Shown here: in pieces, positions 17,923-27,688 of the stretch | Layout: each line of letters begins with the position of its first letter | How positions within the stretch are numbered: position 1 is the stretch's first letter | From: Candidatus Limnocylindria bacterium | Lineage (GTDB): Bacteria; Chloroflexota; Limnocylindria; Limnocylindrales; CSP1-4 | NCBI GenBank assembly: GCA_041491485.1 | Contig: JBGPVC010000001.1 | Span: 6,242 to 70,241, forward strand | Reading direction: 5' to 3' | DNA length: 64,000 nucleotides | Notes under the pieces: generated by a model | Databases searched by the model: none | What the model was told of the DNA's origin: nothing | Seen by the model: the letters and a program-made list of their open reading frames with translations, nothing else | Translations under genes and position numbers: made by a program

Positions 17923-20424
17923 ATGACGCTCGGCCTCGACGAGCTCGACCAGGCGCCGTCCGACGGCGCGCCGTCGGGACGTCTCGTGGAGGTCGCCGTC
18001 GACGCGGCCGGCGGGCGCGCCCAGACCTACACCTACCTGGTCCCGAGCGAGCTCGCGGATCTCGAACCCGGGGAAGCCGTCCTCGTGGAGTTCGGGCGGC
18101 GGCAGGCGCTGGGGATCGTGGTCGCCGAATCGGCTCGGCCGCCGGCAGTCGTTCCTCGTCCCATCGTGGCACGAGTCCGTGCCGACGGCCCGCTGTTGCC
18201 GGGGCTCAGCCTCCGGCTCGGCGCGTGGATCGCCGGCCACTACCTCGCGCCGCCGGCCCTGGTCCTGCGAGCGATGCTGCCTCCCGGGCTGCTCGAGCGG
18301 CTCGAACTGATGGCGGAACGCTCGCCCGGTGAGCAAGGCGTGCGACACGGCCCCGAGCCGGCGCGCGATGCGCCACTCGATGCCGCCCGCGCCGACCTCC
18401 TCGAACAGCTCGACCGAGGCCCGCGCCCAGTCCGGGAGCTGGCCGGGCCGGATGGTCGGGCCGGCCTGCTGCGCCGGCTCCGGGCGCTCGAGGCGGACGG
18501 AGCCGTGGTCCTGGAATGGACGCTCATCGGTGCGGGAGCCGGCCCCCGCTACGAACGCTGGATCCGGGTCAGCGCGGAGGGACGGGCGGCCGCCGAGCCC
18601 GGAGCCAGGCCGGCTGGCCGGCCGCTGGGGCCTCGGCAGCGCCTTGCCCTCCAGGAGCTGTTCTCGAACCCGTCCGGTGAGGTCCCGGCTGCCGAGCTGG
18701 CGGGGCGCCACGGCCAGACCGCCGTCGCCGGGCTCGTCCGGCGTGGGTTCGCGGAAGCCGAGGTCCGCGAGCGACCTCGCCGCCCACTCGCCGTGCGGCC
18801 GGTTGGACGGCGCGGCGGGCGCCCCGCGTCCAGCGCTCTCCTGCCCGCGCAGGCGGATGCGGTCGGGCGGATCCGTGTCGCGATCGCCGCCCGCGACGCT
18901 CGGCCGCTGCTGCTCGAAGGGGTGACCGGGGCCGGAAAGACGGCGATCTACGTTGAGGGGATCGCCGCCGCTCTCGACGCCGGCCGACCCGTCCTCGTGC
19001 TGGTGCCCGAGATCGCGCTTGCGCTGCCGCTCGTGGACCGGTTGCGGGCCGACCTGGACGCGAGGATCGCCCTCCTCCATTCGGGCCTGGGTGACGGCGA
19101 GCGGGCGGACGAATGGCGGCGAATCCGGTCCGGGGACGTCGACATCGTCGTCGGGACGCGACTTGCCGTCGCGGCTCCGCTCGCCGACGTGGGCCTGGTG
19201 ATCGTCGACGAGGAGCACGACGCCGCCTACAAGAGCGACCGGACGCCACGCCTGCAAGCCCGCGACTGCGCGATCCAGCTCGCGGCGCTTGCCGGAGCCG
19301 CCGTCATTCTCGGCTCGGCCACGCCGGCCGTGGACAGCGTTGGTCGGGCTGCGTCGGGCGAGTACGACCGGGTGATCCTCGACCTCCGACCGGTCGGCAG
19401 GGCTCCAACGGTGGAGGTCGTGGACCTCCGGGAGGAGCTCGCCGCGGGGCAGCGCGGGCTGCTCTCCAGGTCCTTGAACGCCGCACTCGCCGGGCTGGAC
19501 GCGGCCTCCGGTGACCAGGCGATCCTGGTGCTCAACCGGCGCGGGACGGCGTCCGTCGTCCTGTGCCGCGACTGCGGTCACGTCCAGGCATGCCCGGACT
19601 GCGATCGTCCGCTGGTCTACCACCAGGCCGGGACGACGCTGCGCTGCCATCACTGCGGTCGGGCGGCGCCAGTGGCGACACGTTGCCCGGCCTGCGGCTC
19701 GCCACGAATTCGCTACCTCGGCGGTGGCACAGAGCGGCTCGAGCGAGAAGTCCGTGAGACGTTCCCTGGCCTCCGCGTCGGCCGGCTCGATCGTGACGTC
19801 GTCGAGCACCGTGGCGCCGCCGAGCGCGTGGTCGACGCGTTCTCGGAGGGTCGCCTCGACGTGCTCGTCGGAACGAGCCTGGTTGCGAAGGGGCTGGACA
19901 TCCCCGCGGTCACGCTCGTCGGAATCGTGTCATCGGACATCGCACTCAACCTGCCGGACGAGCGAGCGGCGGAGCGGACGTACCAGCTGCTCGTGCAGGC
20001 GATCGGCCGGGCGGGGAGGGGAGCGCGCCCCGGACACGCGATCGTCCAGACCTACCAGCCCGAGCATCCGGCGATCGTGGCCGCCGCGACCGGTCGCCGG
20101 GACGCGTTCTACGAGGCCGAGCTGGCCCTGCGCCGGCGGTTCGGCTCGCCGCCCTTCGGGCGTCTCGTCAAGCTCACGGTCGGACTGGCCGATCCGCGCG
20201 CCGCGGAGCGCGAGGCGGCATCGATGGCCGAGCGTCTTCATGCGCTGGCGGTCGCCCGCGGTGGCGGCGTCACGGTCGTCGGACCGGCGCCCGCCTATAT
20301 CGCCAGGCGGGCCGACCGCTGGCGCTGGAACGTCGTCCTGCGGGGCGACGATCCGGTCGCGCTGCTCGAGGGTGGCGTCGACGCGCCGTGGTCCGTCGAC
20401 GTCGATCCGGAGTCGCTGCTCTGA
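17923..20424 (+). CDS. priA: Primosomal protein N' (PriA helicase)
   Basis: DEAH-type helicase core; characteristic zinc-binding insert CRDCGHVQACPDCDRPLVYH...CHHCG...CPACG. Confidence 0.9.
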   Translation: MTLGLDELDQAPSDGAPSGRLVEVAVDAAGGRAQTYTYLVPSELADLEPGEAVLVEFGRRQALGIVVAESARPPAVVPRPIVARVRADGPLLPGLSLRLGAWIAGHYLAPPALVLRAMLPPGLLERLELMAERSPGEQGVRHGPEPARDAPLDAARADLLEQLDRGPRPVRELAGPDGRAGLLRRLRALEADGAVVLEWTLIGAGAGPRYERWIRVSAEGRAAAEPGARPAGRPLGPRQRLALQELFSNPSGEVPAAELAGRHGQTAVAGLVRRGFAEAEVRERPRRPLAVRPVGRRGGRPASSALLPAQADAVGRIRVAIAARDARPLLLEGVTGAGKTAIYVEGIAAALDAGRPVLVLVPEIALALPLVDRLRADLDARIALLHSGLGDGERADEWRRIRSGDVDIVVGTRLAVAAPLADVGLVIVDEEHDAAYKSDRTPRLQARDCAIQLAALAGAAVILGSATPAVDSVGRAASGEYDRVILDLRPVGRAPTVEVVDLREELAAGQRGLLSRSLNAALAGLDAASGDQAILVLNRRGTASVVLCRDCGHVQACPDCDRPLVYHQAGTTLRCHHCGRAAPVATRCPACGSPRIRYLGGGTERLEREVRETFPGLRVGRLDRDVVEHRGAAERVVDAFSEGRLDVLVGTSLVAKGLDIPAVTLVGIVSSDIALNLPDERAAERTYQLLVQAIGRAGRGARPGHAIVQTYQPEHPAIVAAATGRRDAFYEAELALRRRFGSPPFGRLVKLTVGLADPRAAEREAASMAERLHALAVARGGGVTVVGPAPAYIARRADRWRWNVVLRGDDPVALLEGGVDAPWSVDVDPESLL

Positions 20425-20441
20425 TCGGTGACCTTCAGCAG

Positions 20442-20930
20442 ATGACCGCCATGCCGGATCGTGCGACGATGGATCGCCACAAGCAGAGGAGTCCGGCGAT
20501 GACCGAATCGACCACCCCGCCGCCGCCCGAGGAGCCAATGGCGGACGAGACCTTCACCTGGACCGCGCCACCGGCATCCCATAGCGGCGCCGGGTCGGCG
20601 AGTGCCGCCGCGACGACCCTCCTCGAATCGGTCCGCGACGCCGTCGACGAGCTGGCCGAGCGCGCTGCGCCGTCGGTTCGCGAGTTCTCGGCCCGCGCGG
20701 CCGAGCTCGCAGCGATCGCGGCTGACAAGGCGGCCCCCCTGGCCAAGCGCGCCGGCGAGGTGACCGCGGACGCCAGCGGCAAGCTCGCCACGATGTCACG
20801 GAGCTGGGCGGCGGACCTGCGCGCGAGCGCGCCGGCGGCACCCGATGTGACGGCGCCGGTCCAGCCTCCGCCGGAAGCGACAGCCGAGGCCGAGGGCAGC
20901 CTGTCGGAGACCGAGGCGCCGCCGACCTGA
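20442..20930 (+). CDS. Hypothetical Ala/Pro-rich low-complexity protein
   Basis: Open frame filling the priA-def gap; codon usage consistent with neighbours; no recognisable domain; start uncertain. Confidence 0.35.
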   Translation: MTAMPDRATMDRHKQRSPAMTESTTPPPPEEPMADETFTWTAPPASHSGAGSASAAATTLLESVRDAVDELAERAAPSVREFSARAAELAAIAADKAAPLAKRAGEVTADASGKLATMSRSWAADLRASAPAAPDVTAPVQPPPEATAEAEGSLSETEAPPT

Positions 20931-20948
20931 GCTGCGTCGGCGCTTGGA

Positions 20949-20954
20949 TATACT
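20949..20954 (+). promoter_or_regulatory. -10 TATACT + CCGCGG discriminator 7 nt upstream of the def ATG (leaderless transcript predicted)
   Basis: ttggaTATACTCCGCGGcATG: the spacing places the transcription start at or within 1-2 nt of the start codon; no SD possible. Confidence 0.45.
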
Positions 20955-20961
20955 CCGCGGC

Positions 20962-21492
20962 ATGAGCGTCCGACCTATCGTCCTCCTCGGTGATCCGCGG
21001 CTCCGCCTGAAGGGCAAGCCGGTCGACAGTTTCGGCAAGTACCTGCATGGCTTGCTCGACGACCTCGCCCACACGATGCGCGACGCGCCCGGCGTCGGTC
21101 TCGCCGCGCCACAGCTCGGGGAGGCCCTCCAGGCCTGCGTCATCGAGGTCGAGGACCATCTCTACGAGCTGATGAACCCGCGGATCGTGCGATCCACCGG
21201 CGACGACCGCGATCTCGAGGGGTGCCTCTCGATCCCGGGCTACGTGGCCTACGTGACGCGGCGTGAACGGGTCTGGGTCGCCGCCCAGGATCGGCACGGC
21301 AAGAAGATCAAGCTGGCGGGGTCCGGTCTGCTCGGACGGGCGTTGCAGCACGAGCTCGACCACCTCGACGGCAAGCTGTACATCGATTACCTCGATTCGA
21401 TGGACGAGCTGCTTCCCGTCGGCGCGGGCAGCGCCGACGACGACGAGACCCAGGCAGCCGGCACCGAGGAGCACGCCCCGGCGTTCGCGTGA
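20962..21492 (+). CDS. def: Peptide deformylase
   Basis: Motifs GVGLAAPQLG, EGCLSIPG, QHELDHLDG (metal ligands). Confidence 0.92.
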   Translation: MSVRPIVLLGDPRLRLKGKPVDSFGKYLHGLLDDLAHTMRDAPGVGLAAPQLGEALQACVIEVEDHLYELMNPRIVRSTGDDRDLEGCLSIPGYVAYVTRRERVWVAAQDRHGKKIKLAGSGLLGRALQHELDHLDGKLYIDYLDSMDELLPVGAGSADDDETQAAGTEEHAPAFA

Positions 21493-22457
21493 GCGGCGAC
21501 CACTCGCCGCGGACCGCCCGGACCCGGACGCTGTTCCTGGGCTCCGGCGGATTCGCCGTTCCGATCCTGGAGGCGATCGTCGCCGCGCCCAACCTGCAGC
21601 TGGTCGGTGTCGTCAGCGCCCCGGATCGCCCGAGCGGCCGCCGTGGCGAGGTGACCGCGGTCCCCGTGGCGCGGCGAGCGCGCGAGCTGCGTCTGCCGTT
21701 GCTCCAGCCGACCCGGGTCCGATCGGCGGAGGCCATCGCGGCGATCACCGCGCTCCAGCCGGATCTCGGCGTGCTCGCCGACTACGGCCAGATCATCCCG
21801 CCGGCGCTCCTGTCCGTCCCTCGGCACGGGATCGTCAACGTGCACCCGTCCGAGCTGCCGCGTCATCGCGGGGCGTCCCCGATTGCCGCCACGATCGCGG
21901 CCGGCGACCCGGTCGCCGCCGTCAGCCTGATCGAGATGGACGAGGGCCTCGACAGCGGACCGGTCATTGCCAGCGAGTCGTGGCCGCTCGACGGGACCGA
22001 GACGTCGCCCGAGCTGGAAACTGAGGCAGCGCGTCGCGGCGCCGATCTGCTGCTTCGGGTCATCGACGACTGGCTCAGCGGCGGCCGTCCGTCCGTACCC
22101 CAGCCGGAGCATGGCGTGAGCCTGACTCGCCCGCTTCGGCGTGAGGACGGCCGGCTGGACCCGAGCCACGGCGCGGCCGCGCTGGAGCGCCAGGTTCGTG
22201 CCTACCAGCCGTGGCCGGGGAGTTTCGTGGAGACCAGCCAAGGGCGGCTGATCGTTCACGCGGCCAAGGTAGCGGCCGGCCAGCCATCCGACGAGCCGGG
22301 TTACCTCGTCGCCGACGGAGACGGACTGGCCCTCACGACCGCCGACGGCCGGCTGCGCCTGATCGACGTCCAGCTCGCCGGGAGGCGGCGGACCGACGCG
22401 GCGTCGGCGCGGCGCGGCACGCCGTCGCTGGTCGGCCGCCCGGTCACGCTGCGATAG
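21489..22457 (+). CDS. fmt: Methionyl-tRNA formyltransferase
   Basis: Formyltransferase N-domain (...NVHPSELPRHRGASPI...) followed by the C-terminal tRNA-binding domain; GTGA overlap with def. Confidence 0.9.
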   Translation: MSGDHSPRTARTRTLFLGSGGFAVPILEAIVAAPNLQLVGVVSAPDRPSGRRGEVTAVPVARRARELRLPLLQPTRVRSAEAIAAITALQPDLGVLADYGQIIPPALLSVPRHGIVNVHPSELPRHRGASPIAATIAAGDPVAAVSLIEMDEGLDSGPVIASESWPLDGTETSPELETEAARRGADLLLRVIDDWLSGGRPSVPQPEHGVSLTRPLRREDGRLDPSHGAAALERQVRAYQPWPGSFVETSQGRLIVHAAKVAAGQPSDEPGYLVADGDGLALTTADGRLRLIDVQLAGRRRTDAASARRGTPSLVGRPVTLR

Positions 22458-22470
22458 CATCGTCCCGACC

Positions 22471-23706
22471 ATGACTCGCTCCATCCTGCCGGTGACCGCG
22501 GTCGCCGATGTCGCCGCGACCGCCGGAGCAGGGCCCATCTCGCTCCCAGGCCTGTCCGGACTCGCGCCCGAGGCCCTGGCCGCCTGGCTGGCCGATCGCG
22601 CCGAGCCCTCGTACCGCGCTCGCCAGGTCAACGAGGCGGTCTTCGGCGGGACGATCGCCTCGATGGAAGGGATCGCCACGCTCCCGGCCGCGTTGCGAAG
22701 CGACCTGGCGGCGGCCTTCCGCTTCGACACGCTCGTCGAGACGGACGTCCGCGTGAGCGACGAGGGTCTGACCGAGAAGGCGCTCCACACGTTGGCCGAC
22801 GGATCGCTCATCGAGTCGGTGCTGATGCACTATCCGGCGCGGCGTGGGGCCCGCGAGCGGCATACGTTGTGCATCTCCAGCCAGGCCGGTTGCGCGGTCG
22901 GCTGTCCGTTCTGCGCGACCGGCGAGCTCGGTTTCGGGCGCGACCTGCAGACCGCCGAGATCGTCGACCAGGTCCGCTCGGCCTCGCGCCGGTTGATCTC
23001 GACCAACCGGCGGCTGACCAACATCGTGTTCATGGGGATGGGTGAGCCGTTGCTCAACCTGGATCGCGTCCTGGCGGCCATCGAGGCGCTCAACGACCGG
23101 CACCGGTATGGGCTTGGCGCGCGCCACATCACGGTGTCGACGTCGGGCGTCGTGCCCGGAATCCGCCGGCTCACGGCGCTCGGGCCGCAGTTTACGCTCG
23201 CCATCTCGTTGCACGCGGCGCGCGATTCGCTGCGCGACGTGCTGGTTCCGCTCAACCGGCGCTGGCCCATCTCGGAGGTCGTGGGGGCCGCGCGCGACCA
23301 CGCACGCGCCACCGGCCGACGGATCAGCTACGAAGTGACGATGATCTCGGGCGTGAACGACACCGAGGTCGACGCCGAGGCGATGGCCGGCCTGCTCCGT
23401 GGCGACCACGCCCATGTCAACCTGATCCCGATGAACCCGGTCGCCCATACGCCGTGGATAGCCAGCTCGATGCCGGTCATCGAGCGCTTCGCCGCCACGC
23501 TCGAAGCGGCCGGGATCCAGACCACGATCCGGCGCAACCGCGGCCAGGAGGTCGGGGCGGCATGTGGCCAGCTGGCCGCCGAACGGGCCGGCGAGCCGCC
23601 GGCTCCGGCAGTCGCCCGCCGGCGATCGCGACTCATCGCGGAGAGTGCCGCCGCGCTCCTTGGCGAGCGGAACCACGAACCCCTGCCGGCCGGGGTGGGG
23701 GACTGA
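22471..23706 (+). CDS. rlmN: 23S rRNA/tRNA (adenine-C2)-methyltransferase RlmN (radical SAM)
   Basis: CxxxCxxC cluster [16 protein letters not shown] and conserved downstream RlmN/Cfr-family motifs. Confidence 0.9.
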   Translation: MTRSILPVTAVADVAATAGAGPISLPGLSGLAPEALAAWLADRAEPSYRARQVNEAVFGGTIASMEGIATLPAALRSDLAAAFRFDTLVETDVRVSDEGLTEKALHTLADGSLIESVLMHYPARRGARERHTLCISSQAGCAVGCPFCATGELGFGRDLQTAEIVDQVRSASRRLISTNRRLTNIVFMGMGEPLLNLDRVLAAIEALNDRHRYGLGARHITVSTSGVVPGIRRLTALGPQFTLAISLHAARDSLRDVLVPLNRRWPISEVVGAARDHARATGRRISYEVTMISGVNDTEVDAEAMAGLLRGDHAHVNLIPMNPVAHTPWIASSMPVIERFAATLEAAGIQTTIRRNRGQEVGAACGQLAAERAGEPPAPAVARRRSRLIAESAAALLGERNHEPLPAGVGD

Positions 23707-23708
23707 CG

Positions 23709-24704
23709 ATGGTCGGTGGTCGGGCGCTGATCGCGGCCAGCATCCTGGACGCGGACCTGTCGAACCTCGCCAATGCCGTCCGCCGACTTCACGCCGCGGG
23801 CGCCGACCGCATCCACCTGGACGTCATGGACGGCCACTTCGTCCCGAACCTCACCTTCGGCGCGAAGACGATCAAGCATCTTCGAAAGCGGACCGATCTT
23901 CCTCTCGACGCGCACCTGATGATCAGCGAGCCGGGCCGCTACCTCGACCAGTACCTGGAGGCCGGCTGCGATTCGGTCACCTTCCACGTCGAAGTGGAGG
24001 AGGAGATCGCGCCGATCCTGAGGCGGATCCGGGCCGCCGGCCGCGCCGCGGGCCTGTCGCTCCGGCCCGCCACCCCGCTGGCCGCCCTCGAGCCGTACCA
24101 CGAGCTCCTGGACATCGTGATGGTCATGACCGTCGAGCCGGGGTTCGGTGGGCAGGCGTTCATGCGCGATGTCGCTGGCGAGAAGCTGCTGGCCGCCCGC
24201 GACCTGCTCCGCCACAAGGTGTATGGAGGCGAGGTGCACGTCGACGGCGGCGTCAACCGCGAGACGGCGGAGCTCGTCGGCGGCATGGGCGTCGACGTCC
24301 TCGTCGTGGGTTCGGCCCTCTTCGCCAAGGGCCGCGACATGGCTCGCGAGATCCGCCTGATCAAGGCGCTGGCCGACGAGGGCTACCAGTACGAGCTCAA
24401 CGGGGGTGTGCCGCCGATCCCGCGCGACCGAATGGTGACGTTCACCGCACTACCCAAGCATCTCGCCCACCGGTTCATGGACGAGATCGAGGCCGGCGGC
24501 ATCCCGGTCGTCATGCTGCGCGGCGACGGCGGGATGAACCCCGATGGCGTACGCGACTACGACCTGCTGGTGCCGGCCATGGTCGAGGCCGTCGTGATCG
24601 AACGCCACGCTGCCGCCCGAGATCGCTACCTCGGCGAGGCCAAGGCGTGGCGCGAGGCGTTCATCCGCGAACGTGGCGTCATCGCGCCGCCCAGCCACCC
24701 GTGA
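23709..24704 (+). CDS. rpe: Ribulose-phosphate 3-epimerase with ~105-aa C-terminal extension of unknown function
   Basis: Rpe core ([12 protein letters not shown]..., [17 protein letters not shown]) through ~residue 225; the frame then continues uninterrupted to 24704. Confidence 0.85.
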   Translation: MVGGRALIAASILDADLSNLANAVRRLHAAGADRIHLDVMDGHFVPNLTFGAKTIKHLRKRTDLPLDAHLMISEPGRYLDQYLEAGCDSVTFHVEVEEEIAPILRRIRAAGRAAGLSLRPATPLAALEPYHELLDIVMVMTVEPGFGGQAFMRDVAGEKLLAARDLLRHKVYGGEVHVDGGVNRETAELVGGMGVDVLVVGSALFAKGRDMAREIRLIKALADEGYQYELNGGVPPIPRDRMVTFTALPKHLAHRFMDEIEAGGIPVVMLRGDGGMNPDGVRDYDLLVPAMVEAVVIERHAAARDRYLGEAKAWREAFIRERGVIAPPSHP

Positions 24705-25156
24705 GGGCGCTGCTCCAGCGCGTGACTCGCGCCGAGGTTCGTGTCGGAGGATCCGATGGCGAGATCGTCGGCGAGATCGGCGGGGGCCTCGTGGTCCTGC
24801 TCGGCGTGGGTCCGGCCGACACCGAGGCCGTCGCCGACGACCTCGCCCGGACGGTGGCGGAGCTGCGTATCTTCCGCGACGATGCGGGTCGGACCAATCG
24901 CTCGCTGCTCGACACCGGGGGCGCGGCCCTGGTCGTGTCCCAGTTCACGCTCTACGCGGACACACGCCGGGGACGCCGGCCGGGCTTCACCGGGGCGGCG
25001 GCACCCGAGCAGGCCGAACGGCTCTACTCGTCATTCGCCGACGCCCTTGCTCGGCTCGGGGTCCGGACCGCGACCGGACGGTTCGGCGCCGAGATGCTGG
25101 TCGAGCTCGTCAACGACGGCCCGTTCACGATCTGGCTCGACACGGACCTGCGCTGA
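24701..25156 (+). CDS. dtd: D-aminoacyl-tRNA deacylase
   Basis: Dtd fold: N-terminal RALLQRV..., SQFTLYAD, C-terminal GPFT motif; GTGA overlap with rpe. Confidence 0.85.
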   Translation: MRALLQRVTRAEVRVGGSDGEIVGEIGGGLVVLLGVGPADTEAVADDLARTVAELRIFRDDAGRTNRSLLDTGGAALVVSQFTLYADTRRGRRPGFTGAAAPEQAERLYSSFADALARLGVRTATGRFGAEMLVELVNDGPFTIWLDTDLR

Positions 25157-25241
25157 CCGGCCGTACACGAAGAGCCGGCCGCCGAGGCGACCGGTCGGAG
25201 AGGATCTGCTGTGAGCCCGCGCCGCGTCGGCGGCGACGGCG

Positions 25242-25439
25242 CTACTTGGCGGCCTTGAGCTGCGTGCGTCGGCAGCGGGTGCAGACGAGCGCCCTGGTCG
25301 GGTTACCGTTCTGGGCGATGACCAGGGGCTGCAGGTTGGGCTGCATGCGACGATGAGCGCGGACGCGGTTCATGCCCGACGACTGCGGGTTGAAGCCGCC
25401 CATCGAGACCTTGCCGCAGATTGCACAGGAACGGGCCAT
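25242..25439 (-). CDS. rpmB: 50S ribosomal protein L28
   Basis: MARSCAICGK...C-x-x-C zinc ribbon typical of L28; 65 aa. Confidence 0.9.
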   Translation of the reverse strand: MARSCAICGKVSMGGFNPQSSGMNRVRAHRRMQPNLQPLVIAQNGNPTRALVCTRCRRTQLKAAK

Positions 25440-25584
25440 TCGTGGTCCTCAGGAAGTCTGCTGGAGCGTGGAGCCCGGTGGGGCCCGAACGGAGCGGTAG
25501 AATAGCACACGGCCCAAGGCGCCCCGCGTTCGGCTGCCGACGTCAGCCGGCGGCGGATCCCGTACAGAGGAGGAGAGCGGCCGC

Positions 25585-26007
25585 GTGCCAACCCACATGA
25601 TGCCCGGCCGATCCGTGGTGACCCGTCGCGCTCTCGTCGACGTCATCCGGGCGGCCACGCTTGGCTCATACGGGGTCACCGGCTTCGCCGCGTCGCCGCT
25701 CGAGCGACTCCTTGGCCGGCTGGGCCTGCGCCAGCCAGGCATCCATGTCCGGCTCGACGACGGCCTCGAGATCGAGCTGGACCTGACCGTCGCCTACGGC
25801 GTCCCGATCGCCGAGGTCGCCCGGCAGGTCGACTCCGCCGTGCGCTACGCGCTTCGGCGTGCGCTCGGGCGCGAGGCCGGCCGGTTGACGATCCATGTCG
25901 GCGGCCTCCGCTTCAGCCCGGGTGTGGCGCCGCCGGCGGTCCTCCCGGCTGCCGCAGGGACGATCGGCCCACGGGATCTCGCGGACAGCGGCACGGACGT
26001 CGCCTGA
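25585..26007 (+). CDS. Asp23/Gls24-family alkaline-shock protein (YloU-like)
   Basis: Asp23 family pattern; GTG start with GAGGAGGAG SD; conserved position upstream of the DAK2 protein. Confidence 0.75.
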   Translation: MPTHMMPGRSVVTRRALVDVIRAATLGSYGVTGFAASPLERLLGRLGLRQPGIHVRLDDGLEIELDLTVAYGVPIAEVARQVDSAVRYALRRALGREAGRLTIHVGGLRFSPGVAPPAVLPAAAGTIGPRDLADSGTDVA

Positions 26008-27686
26008 TGGCCCGACGGGCCTGCGATGGTCCGGGCCTGCTGGAGGCCTTCCGAGCCGCGGTCGCGAACCTTGAGGCCCACGTTGAGGAAATCAACGCGC
26101 TCAACGTCTATCCGGTCCCCGACGGCGACACCGGTTCGAACATGCTGGCGACGGTGCGGGCGGCCCTCGAAGAAGCGGATGTCGTCGCCGGGCAGCCAGC
26201 CGACCGCGTCGGAGCAGCGATCAGCTTCGGTGCGCTGATGGGCGCCCGAGGCAATTCGGGGGTCATCACCAGCCAGATCTTCCGGGGCATGGCCGAGGCG
26301 CTCGGCGGCAAGGCGCGGTTCAACGGCCTGGATCTCGCACACGCCCTGTCGGAAGGCGCGCGGACGGCGTACGGCGCGGTCGCGAAGCCGGTCGAGGGCA
26401 CGATCCTGACGGTCATCCGAGAGTCGGCCGCGGCCGCGGTGACGGCCGCGGAGCGAGATCCGGACATCGAGTCCGTGCTTGGCGCGACGGTCGAGGCGGC
26501 GGAGCGATCGGTGGCCCGCACGCCCAGCCTGCTGGCGATCCTGCGCGAGGCCGGCGTGGTCGATTCCGGTGGCCAGGGTCTCTACCGGCTCCTGCAGGGC
26601 GCCATGCTCCATCTCGCCGAGCGGTCGCGCGTCGGGGCGGCGAAGGGTCGGTCGAGAGCGGGACAGGGCGCCAAGGTCTCGACGCTCGTCGCCCATGCCG
26701 ACGAAGGGTTCGGCTACGAGACGATGTTCCTCCTGCAGCCCGATCACCTGGGCGCGCTCGACCTGGATGCGATCCGCGACCATCTCGAGTCGATTGGGGA
26801 TTCAGTCCTGGTCGCCGGCGACGCCCGTGCGCTCAAGATCCACGTCCACAACGAGCGGCCGGACCTCGTCATCGGCTACGGGCTGACGTTGGGCACCCTG
26901 AGCCGGATCAGCGTGGACAACCTGGACCACCAGGCACGCGACGTCCGGGAGACGAGAGCCGCTGAGTTCACCGGCGTGACGCCCGCGACCTCGTCGGATG
27001 GCAACGGGAGGTCGACCGCGGTCGACCTGCCGGCCCTGGGGGTCCTGGCGGTCGCTGCCGGCGACGGGCTCGCCGCGATCTTCCGTGACTTCGGGGTCGC
27101 CGGCGTCGTCCACGGCGGGCAGTCGGCCAACCCCAGCACCGGCGAGCTCCTCAGCGCGATCGAAGGTGTCAGCGCGCGCGAGGTCATCGTCCTGCCCAAC
27201 AACCCGAACGTCGTCCTGGCCGCTCGCCAGGTCGCCTCGATGACGAAGCGCCCCGTCGCCGTCGTCCCAACACGGAACGCGGCGGAAGGATTTGCCGCGC
27301 TTCTGGCGCTCGACCCGCACCTCGATGCCACGGGGAATGTCAGCCAGATGACCGAAGCGGCCAGGGCCATCCAGACGCTCGTCGTCACCGAAGCCGTCCG
27401 GGACGCCACGATCGGCGGTCGGAAGGTGAAGCGCGGCCAGACCATCGCGCTCGATCCGGACGACGGTCTTGTCGCGGCCGACGGCGATCGCGAGAAGTGC
27501 GTCCTTGCTGCCGTCTCCGCGCTGGCTGCCGGGTTCGAGCTCATCACGCTGTTCTACGGCGACGGTGCCGACCTGGCCGAGGCGGAGACCATGGCCCGCC
27601 GGATCGGCTCGATCCTGCCGGCGGTCGACGTCGAGGTTCGGCACGGCGGCCAGCCGTTTTACCGGTACCTGATCTCCGCCGAATAG
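26007..27686 (+). CDS. yloV: DAK2-domain fusion protein YloV (DhaL-like)
   Basis: N-terminal DhaL/DAK2 domain (VPDGDTGSNM...), C-terminal DegV-like region; asp23-yloV-recG order as in Firmicutes. Confidence 0.85.
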   Translation: MARRACDGPGLLEAFRAAVANLEAHVEEINALNVYPVPDGDTGSNMLATVRAALEEADVVAGQPADRVGAAISFGALMGARGNSGVITSQIFRGMAEALGGKARFNGLDLAHALSEGARTAYGAVAKPVEGTILTVIRESAAAAVTAAERDPDIESVLGATVEAAERSVARTPSLLAILREAGVVDSGGQGLYRLLQGAMLHLAERSRVGAAKGRSRAGQGAKVSTLVAHADEGFGYETMFLLQPDHLGALDLDAIRDHLESIGDSVLVAGDARALKIHVHNERPDLVIGYGLTLGTLSRISVDNLDHQARDVRETRAAEFTGVTPATSSDGNGRSTAVDLPALGVLAVAAGDGLAAIFRDFGVAGVVHGGQSANPSTGELLSAIEGVSAREVIVLPNNPNVVLAARQVASMTKRPVAVVPTRNAAEGFAALLALDPHLDATGNVSQMTEAARAIQTLVVTEAVRDATIGGRKVKRGQTIALDPDDGLVAADGDREKCVLAAVSALAAGFELITLFYGDGADLAEAETMARRIGSILPAVDVEVRHGGQPFYRYLISAE

Positions 27687-27688
27687 CC

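Noticed and set aside
17074-19809. Very long minus-strand ORFs antisense to real genes (e.g. 17074-19809, 11842-14127, 35613-36974, 38561-40054, 57144-58859)
   Set aside because: They lie opposite well-supported conserved genes, encode Arg/Pro/Gly-rich nonsense, and are the expected consequence of stop-codon depletion in a 70 % GC genome
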